NCBI GenBank assembly: GCA_046861395.1
Contig: JBHHUC010000011.1
Location: forward strand, 1-48,893
Direction: 5' to 3'
DNA: 48,893 bases
DNA from: Fidelibacterota bacterium
GTDB taxonomy: Bacteria > Fidelibacterota > Marinisomatia > Marinisomatales > JABMOV01
Position 1 is the first letter of the stretch; the number at the start of each line of letters is the position of its first letter. The position numbers were made by a program, and so were the translations under genes. Below, in pieces: positions 42,466 to 48,893 of the stretch. A model generated the notes under the pieces. The model was given only the letters and a program-made list of their open reading frames with translations. It was not told where the DNA came from and ran no database searches.

Positions 42466-45400
42466 ATGATGAAAAACATACCCTTTGTGAAAGCAATTTT
42501 ATCAATTCTTATTGTGTCCTGTGTTTATGCCGGTACGGATGGAACCATTCGTGGCCGGATTACCGATCTGGATGGAAATCCGTTGCCGGGTGCTCAGGTT
42601 TACATCCGGGAATTAGGCATGGGTGCCATTGCCGATATTGACGGCGGATACATTATTATTAATGTGCCGGTGGGGACCTATGATGTTACCGTGGAAATGA
42701 TCGGTTATCAGAAAATGACAAAAACCGGCGTCAACGTCATCATGGATAAAACGGTATGGCTAAACTATAAACTCCCCATTCAGGTGATTGAAGGGGACGT
42801 GGTGGAAGTGGTGGAAACGCGGGAGCTGGTGGAAAAGGGCAATACGTCCAAGAAAATTACCGTAGCTCAGGAAACGATAGAATCCCTGCCCATCCGCGAT
42901 TTAACGGAACTGTATTCCCTGCAGTCCGGTGTCGTGAAAGTGGAGAGCATGACGCTGGGAATTCCCGATCATGAGGAGCGGGGTCTGGAAGAAGTGCATG
43001 TCCGGGGTGGCCGGGCCGGTGAAATTGCCTATATGATTGATGGGTTATACATCCGTAACCCCATCTTCGGTGGTATTGGAAACGGAACCCGTTTAAATCT
43101 TTTTGCCGTTAAGGAATTCGACTGGCAGCCGGGAGGATTTAATGCCGAATACGGTGATGCTCTCTCAGCCGTATCCAATATGCATACCGCCGCCGGTACC
43201 GATGAATTCAAATATAAATTCAAATATGAAACCAGTCTGGTAGGCGCCAGTCTGGGAAACGAGTATGATGATTTACGGGGATACAATGATTATGTCTTCG
43301 GAGTCGGCGGCCCCTTTCCCTTCTTCAATAAATTGAAATACTGGGTTTCCGGCCAGTGGACGAACCGGGAAAACTATCGGGTCTATAAATTTGACGACAT
43401 CATCTACCAGGAAAACCCCGATGATCCTTATAATACCATCAACCGGAGTAATCTGGTGCAACCCTGGGATAATGTGGCCGGTTTCCGGGGATTCGGCTTT
43501 GACAAGACCTATGATATCTTCGGCAAACTGACCTATAAATTGAATAACAGCCTGCGGTTTAATTTTTCCGTCTGGGATGTGAACGCCCATCGGAAAGGAT
43601 TCAATACCCGCTACTTATACTGGGATAACGGCCAGAATGAATTATTCCGGGATACCCGCCGCTACACACTGGAGGCCAATCATTCTCTGAACAGCAAATC
43701 CTTTTATACGGTCCGTGTTTCCCGTTTCATTCAGCAGCAGTTTCAGGGCGTCCGCTGGGAAGACAGCGATAAGGATGGTTATCCGGACTGGTTTGAATGG
43801 CGGTATCAGGCCGGCCCCAACCGGACCATATCCGATCCTCATAATCCCGATGTAGTGCCTTTCACCATTTCGGAAAACGGAGATACCCTGCATTATACCC
43901 GGCGGGATCTGCGGTCCGGCTGGTATTACGGAGCAACGCCAGGATTGTATAACTGGGAAGTGGCAGAAGATTTTACCGATGTGGACGGAGATGGCATTTT
44001 CACACCGGACGTGGACATCTTTAATGCCGCTGATGATTTGAACGGAAACGGTGTGTGGGACGGACCGGATTTGACCGAAAAGGCCTATTATCGTGACGGA
44101 AGCTACTGGCTGGAACCGGAAATGTATGAGGATTATGAACCCTTTTTCGATTATCGTTTCATTGATCATCAGTATGAACAGGATCCGTGGTGGAATTTCT
44201 TTATGGGGCGGTTCGGACCGCGTTATACCGGCACAGCCGACAATCCGTATTATTATATGCCGACGGTTTTCGGAGGTTATGCCTGGGAAGAAGGTCGTAC
44301 GTTTGGTGGGTCGGATCGTTTTTACGGCACCAGTACTGCCATAACGGATGAATTTCGCCTGGATTACACCAATCAGCTCACCAATGAGTGGCGTCTCCGG
44401 ATCGGTGTGGATTATAAATCCCATAAACTGAATTTTTATGAATTAAAGAATCCCTGGTCGGAAAAAGCATTCTTCCAGACCTTTGCCGAATACTGGCAGG
44501 ATACGGGTCCGGACGGATTGCTGCCGGGTGATCCGGATTATGTCGCACCGGACCGGGGCGAAAACAACGGGCGTTATGACAAGGGTGAAGATTTCAGTGA
44601 TGCCAACAATAACGGAAAGTGGGATGATTACCGGGAGCCGGAAGAACTGAGTGCCTATATTCAAAATACCTATGAAGTGCCCTGGATGGTCATCAATGCC
44701 GGTATTCGGGTGGATGCGGTCAATTATAATACCCAGATTTGGGCTGACACCAACGGGACGTTCACACCCCAGAGTCCCTGGTATTATTCCGATTTGAATA
44801 ATAATAATCGCTGGGATCGGGATGAGCCGGTGGACAACGATCCGGGCTTTGCCCATGAACGGGTGATTCTGAAGCAATCCACTACGAAATACAAGATCAG
44901 TCCCCGCCTTGGAATCAGTCATGTCATCACGGATAAGGCCACGTTTACGTTCAGTTATGGTCTGTATTACCAGACGCCGATTTATCAGAATGTGTACTTG
45001 AATACCAACCGGGTTCAGGATCCGCAGAATGCCTTTGAAGAAGGCGAAGGTGCCATTGGGAATGCCACCATGAGTGCCGCCCGCACTTCGGCCTATGAAT
45101 TCGGTTTCAATGTACAATTTTCCCGGTACTGGGCCTTTTCACTCCTGGGATGGGCTAAAAACATGGATCAACTGGTGTCGTTTCAGCATCAGCGATCCGG
45201 GGTCTATAGTTACCAGGTTGCTTCCACCAATGACTACGGTAACGCCAAGGGCGTGGATTTCACCCTGGAAAACCGGGGACAATTGTTCAATATCATGCTG
45301 CAATACACCTATTCCGTCGCCAAGGCCAACAGTGCCTACGACTGGGCATCCCTGGGGCTGGAGTACATTGATGCTCCGTCGTATGAATTCCTGATGCCTT

Positions 45401-45843
45401 ATGACCGTCCCCATGATTTTACGGCCACCATTTACACCTTTTTGCCCTTCGGTATCCGGGCCGGTATGAACATATTCTATCAGTCCGGTGCGCCTTACAC
45501 ACCGATGATATTTAACGGTGACCGGCCGGAACCGGATCAGAAGAATGTGAATACAAAACGGGCTCCGGCCTTTACGCAGGTCAACCTGTCCCTGTCAAAG
45601 GGGATGCATTTCGCCGATTACAGGGTATCCATGGGATTGAATGTTTTTAATCTCTTCAACTTTGCCAATGAAATCGACATTTTCCCGCTGACCGGTCGTG
45701 CCAATGATCCCGGGGAATATTATACGAATTTTATTGGCCTGCCGGATGAGAATCATGATAAATCCGGTTCCTTTTATGATATGCCCTGGATGTACAGCAA
45801 TCCCCGGCAGATCAATTTCTTCATGCGTATTGATTTCAAATAG
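42466..45843 (+). CDS. TonB-dependent outer-membrane receptor with N-terminal carboxypeptidase-regulatory-like domain
   Basis: GTIRGRITD..GNPLPGA...GTYDVTVEMIGY; plug HVRGGRAGEIAYMIDG and GGFNAEYG; barrel SPRLG, FSYGLYYQ, VFNLFN; C-terminal NPRQINFFMRIDFK. Confidence 0.9.
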   Translation: MMKNIPFVKAILSILIVSCVYAGTDGTIRGRITDLDGNPLPGAQVYIRELGMGAIADIDGGYIIINVPVGTYDVTVEMIGYQKMTKTGVNVIMDKTVWLNYKLPIQVIEGDVVEVVETRELVEKGNTSKKITVAQETIESLPIRDLTELYSLQSGVVKVESMTLGIPDHEERGLEEVHVRGGRAGEIAYMIDGLYIRNPIFGGIGNGTRLNLFAVKEFDWQPGGFNAEYGDALSAVSNMHTAAGTDEFKYKFKYETSLVGASLGNEYDDLRGYNDYVFGVGGPFPFFNKLKYWVSGQWTNRENYRVYKFDDIIYQENPDDPYNTINRSNLVQPWDNVAGFRGFGFDKTYDIFGKLTYKLNNSLRFNFSVWDVNAHRKGFNTRYLYWDNGQNELFRDTRRYTLEANHSLNSKSFYTVRVSRFIQQQFQGVRWEDSDKDGYPDWFEWRYQAGPNRTISDPHNPDVVPFTISENGDTLHYTRRDLRSGWYYGATPGLYNWEVAEDFTDVDGDGIFTPDVDIFNAADDLNGNGVWDGPDLTEKAYYRDGSYWLEPEMYEDYEPFFDYRFIDHQYEQDPWWNFFMGRFGPRYTGTADNPYYYMPTVFGGYAWEEGRTFGGSDRFYGTSTAITDEFRLDYTNQLTNEWRLRIGVDYKSHKLNFYELKNPWSEKAFFQTFAEYWQDTGPDGLLPGDPDYVAPDRGENNGRYDKGEDFSDANNNGKWDDYREPEELSAYIQNTYEVPWMVINAGIRVDAVNYNTQIWADTNGTFTPQSPWYYSDLNNNNRWDRDEPVDNDPGFAHERVILKQSTTKYKISPRLGISHVITDKATFTFSYGLYYQTPIYQNVYLNTNRVQDPQNAFEEGEGAIGNATMSAARTSAYEFGFNVQFSRYWAFSLLGWAKNMDQLVSFQHQRSGVYSYQVASTNDYGNAKGVDFTLENRGQLFNIMLQYTYSVAKANSAYDWASLGLEYIDAPSYEFLMPYDRPHDFTATIYTFLPFGIRAGMNIFYQSGAPYTPMIFNGDRPEPDQKNVNTKRAPAFTQVNLSLSKGMHFADYRVSMGLNVFNLFNFANEIDIFPLTGRANDPGEYYTNFIGLPDENHDKSGSFYDMPWMYSNPRQINFFMRIDFK

Positions 45844-45858
45844 ATTGAAAGTGGTCTT

Positions 45859-48800
45859 ATGAGAAAAAATTTATTATGCCTTCTGTTCAGCGGTACCATT
45901 CTGCTGGCCAGTGAACCACGGGAACCACGGAATTATGTGGAATTCCCCACCCGACCGGCTCCGGCGGCCCGGGTAGGCGATTATCCCTTCCCGACCAATC
46001 CCATGAACGATCGGGCCCGTGGGTATTTATTGCAGGGGAAGGTAAAAAATGCTCTGGGGAATTACGGGAATTTCATTGACTGGGATGTCCATCCGGCCGG
46101 TCTCTGGGGCAATTATACCTATTTGCCTCATGTGGCCTTCGTTGCCGGTGTCCCAGGTCAAATGTATTCCTCCGACTTCACCTGGGATGCTGCCCAGGAT
46201 AATCCGGGCCCCAGCGGAACGACGGTGCGGGTGTACAGTTCCAAGGATGCTTACAATGCCTGGTTTGACAATGGCGATACGGTCTTTGTGGGCGTGGTTT
46301 TCGAATATATAGATGATCGGGGAATTCCGGGAGTAGAAAAATTCAGCAAAGATGATATCGACGAAAAATACCAATGGGGAATCGATGATGTGGAAGGGGA
46401 GATCTTTCTTTCCGTGGAATACCAGGAATTCAATATCATGGATCCCAATAAATCGCGTTCCCGCATCGGCCTGATTTATCCCTGGGCCATGCGACCCCGG
46501 CTGGTGGAACGGACCGATGATTTCGATGTGTACGATTATGGCCCGGACAAGGAAGAGTGGACGGCCGATGACGATTATATGTTCTACGGCGCCACCGTGT
46601 CCGAATCCTGGTTTACACGGTATAACCCCAGCACGAATACGGACTGGCAGGCATCCACCAAATCCCGGGAATTCACCCATAATACGGATATCAGTGCCGG
46701 TGATATTTTCGGTGATACGCCCTTTACCGATCCGGATGATCCCTTTCCTCTCCTGGCCCACAGTACGTATTCCCAGACCTGGCCCAAACGATTAAACGAA
46801 GAAACGGGGAATTATGAGCACTTCTGGCCCGGGTGGTGGGCGGAAGATTATTACGGTGATCGTCCGGAAGAATGGCCGTTGGTAGGAATTACCGATTGTG
46901 ACGGTAACCGTAAGGATCCGGATTGCTGGAAGGAAGTCCCCGGCCGGTTTATTTCCGACACCGATGTTTATATGGAATTTGACGATCGCTGGGCCCATCG
47001 CGGGAATATAGTTAATACCAATAATGAATACGAACAGACCGGGTATCCGATGGGACTGCGGGTCATGGCTGAAGCGCATTCCTATGGGGTCGCCTACGCC
47101 GAAGATATCATGTTTGTGACCGTAAAGGTGCGGAATGAAAGCGGAGACTGGATCGATGAGGACGGTGTGTTTCATGACGGTATGATCATGCCTGACGGGA
47201 CCAAACTTAATCATGGGAAAGGATTCAATTACCGTGGCGTCGTTCTGGGCTTCTACATGGATGCCGATGCCGCTTCCACGGATATCAACGGAAGTTTCTG
47301 GCCGCATACCAATGATGATGATTTCATGGAATACTATGATTGTCTTACCGACCCGGAAAATCCCTGCACTGAAATCAACGGGGAAAAACTCCGGGTATCC
47401 ATGGCCATGATTTACGATAAGGACGGAAACAGTAACGGGGCGACGGACCTGGGCATTGTGGCAACACAACTCCTGGATTCACCCCTGTCCACGCGGGAGA
47501 TTGATCTGGACAAGGACGGAACGATCGATATTTATCCCGGCGAACCGCTGAAAATGACGGATTGGCACTGGTTTGACTGGTACGACCGTCCCGGTGTCGT
47601 TACCCATGAAAGTAACCAGAACTGTTGTGCCGGCGCACCGGGCAAGCCGGTAGCCAGAAACCGGGAAGAAATTTTATACAAGGTAATTTCCGGCGATACG
47701 ACCAATATTTCCGCCAATGAAAAAGCCTGGTATTTCCATACCACCGATGAAGCCTCTGATCTGGATATTGATCTGAATCCTCATTTTGATTCTCTGGAGG
47801 GGCTGGAAGCCTTTGCGCCGGATGGACTCGATTGTGTGTTGATCATGAGTTGCGGTCCCTTCGATCTCAAAGTGGGCGAAGAGGTGCCTTTCAGTTTCAG
47901 TATCATTTTCGGTCAGAATCGCCAGGATTTAATCAACAATGCCAAGTTTGCCCAGATAATGTACAATTCCCATTATCAGGGTTATACACCACCGACCCGG
48001 CCCCGCGTTGCGGCAAAGACCGAATCCGGCCGTGTGACGATTTACTGGGACAATGCTGCCGAACAATCCAAAGACGTGGTGACCGGATATTCGGATTTTG
48101 AAGGATATAAAATTTATAAGAGCCTGGACGGAGGCGCGACCTGGGGCACTCCGGATAAGAAAATCTATGATTCCAATGATATCTTTGTGGGGTGGAAGCC
48201 CTTCGCCCAGTATGATCTGTCGGCGGAAGAAGACAGTCTGCATTGCATCTATGATGATTCCACCTGCTATGACGGGAATAATCGCAGACGGGAAGTCAGC
48301 GGACCCGATCCCCATGCACCGTGGTTCAGTCTGGGATCAAACACGGGACTGGATGACATTCGCCTGACGGAGCCGGTGGTCATTGACGGACGCACCTATC
48401 ATTATGCCTTTGTGGATTCCAATGTTACTGATGGAATCGCAGTGACCTATGCCGTAACGGCCTATGATATGGGCGTTGATTCTGATTTCATTATCAACTG
48501 GAATTATGTGGATTCACTGGGCGGCTTTGATCCCGATACGGTTTGGACCAAGGCCAATCCCGATCACTGGTCTTCACCGGATGGCTATGCCAGCATCGAA
48601 AATTCAAAAGGAACCACCGATCTGGATGCCAATTTCGTTACGGTGTATTCCGGTTCGGCAGCCCGCTCCACCGTTTCCGGTGTTCATGTGGTTCCCAATC
48701 CCTACATCGTTCATTCCCGTATGAATGAAACGGAAGTGACGCGCCGGTTACGGTTTGTGAATTTACCAGCCCAGGCTACCATCAAAATATTTACCGTCTC

Positions 48801-48893
48801 CGGAGAATTTGTCCAAAAGATTAATCATGATAATCCCGATGACGGCAATGCGTGGTGGGATTTACGGACGGAGAACAACCAGGAGGTTGCGCC
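45859..48893 (+). CDS. Large exported TBDR-associated protein (>1011 aa) with Fn3-like domain and VVPNPY-type C-terminal sorting-like domain; truncated by window edge
   Basis: Missing from the ORF track; read manually with no stop from ATG at 45859 to the end. MRKNLLCLLFSGTILLA signal; TWP...WPGWW, ISDTD, GPFDLKVGE; Fn3-like PPTRP...VTIYWD...DFEGYKIYKS...YAVTAYD (~47990-48470); VVPNPY...LRFVNLP..ATIKIFTVSGE...WDLRTENNQEVA. Confidence 0.88.
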   Translation, partial: MRKNLLCLLFSGTILLASEPREPRNYVEFPTRPAPAARVGDYPFPTNPMNDRARGYLLQGKVKNALGNYGNFIDWDVHPAGLWGNYTYLPHVAFVAGVPGQMYSSDFTWDAAQDNPGPSGTTVRVYSSKDAYNAWFDNGDTVFVGVVFEYIDDRGIPGVEKFSKDDIDEKYQWGIDDVEGEIFLSVEYQEFNIMDPNKSRSRIGLIYPWAMRPRLVERTDDFDVYDYGPDKEEWTADDDYMFYGATVSESWFTRYNPSTNTDWQASTKSREFTHNTDISAGDIFGDTPFTDPDDPFPLLAHSTYSQTWPKRLNEETGNYEHFWPGWWAEDYYGDRPEEWPLVGITDCDGNRKDPDCWKEVPGRFISDTDVYMEFDDRWAHRGNIVNTNNEYEQTGYPMGLRVMAEAHSYGVAYAEDIMFVTVKVRNESGDWIDEDGVFHDGMIMPDGTKLNHGKGFNYRGVVLGFYMDADAASTDINGSFWPHTNDDDFMEYYDCLTDPENPCTEINGEKLRVSMAMIYDKDGNSNGATDLGIVATQLLDSPLSTREIDLDKDGTIDIYPGEPLKMTDWHWFDWYDRPGVVTHESNQNCCAGAPGKPVARNREEILYKVISGDTTNISANEKAWYFHTTDEASDLDIDLNPHFDSLEGLEAFAPDGLDCVLIMSCGPFDLKVGEEVPFSFSIIFGQNRQDLINNAKFAQIMYNSHYQGYTPPTRPRVAAKTESGRVTIYWDNAAEQSKDVVTGYSDFEGYKIYKSLDGGATWGTPDKKIYDSNDIFVGWKPFAQYDLSAEEDSLHCIYDDSTCYDGNNRRREVSGPDPHAPWFSLGSNTGLDDIRLTEPVVIDGRTYHYAFVDSNVTDGIAVTYAVTAYDMGVDSDFIINWNYVDSLGGFDPDTVWTKANPDHWSSPDGYASIENSKGTTDLDANFVTVYSGSAARSTVSGVHVVPNPYIVHSRMNETEVTRRLRFVNLPAQATIKIFTVSGEFVQKINHDNPDDGNAWWDLRTENNQEVA

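Overview
A 48.9-kb, gene-dense bacterial chromosomal segment. I found no rRNA, tRNA, CRISPR array or mobile element. The left two-thirds is mostly housekeeping: a DUF502 / FakA-FakB fusion / plsY operon, tdh-kbl, secD-secF, a frameshifted EamA gene, a continuous parA-parB-M23-bactofilin-atpZIBEFHAGDC run, aspS, phoH, and perR-ahpC-sodB behind a perfect 11-1-11 operator. tig-clpP-clpX lies further right, and its ClpX lacks the N-terminal zinc-binding domain. From about 25.9 kb onward the window is rich in large exported proteins: an M1 aminopeptidase with a barrel-like C-terminus, an S1/P1-PLC-like enzyme with a T9SS-like C-terminal sorting domain (CTD), an agmatine/peptidylarginine deiminase carrying a dockerin, an M6 protease with two cohesin-like domains plus a CTD, and a lipoprotein / TonB-dependent receptor / >1011-aa CTD-protein operon that runs off the right edge. 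The ORF track misses both this last gene and plsY. Gene content suggests a non-Bacteroidota member of the FCB group, most like Marinimicrobia; this is inference, not a database result. The best candidates for undescribed biology are (i) the lipoprotein-TBDR-CTD-partner uptake locus with shared DxNxNGxWD Ca-binding-like repeats, (ii) a non-cellulosomal cohesin-dockerin enzyme assembly tied to a T9SS-like pathway, (iii) dense Bacteroidota-type O-glycosylation sequons in the exported proteins, and (iv) a single-chain fatty-acid kinase coupled to plsY. All family calls come from motif recognition by eye; no searches were run.
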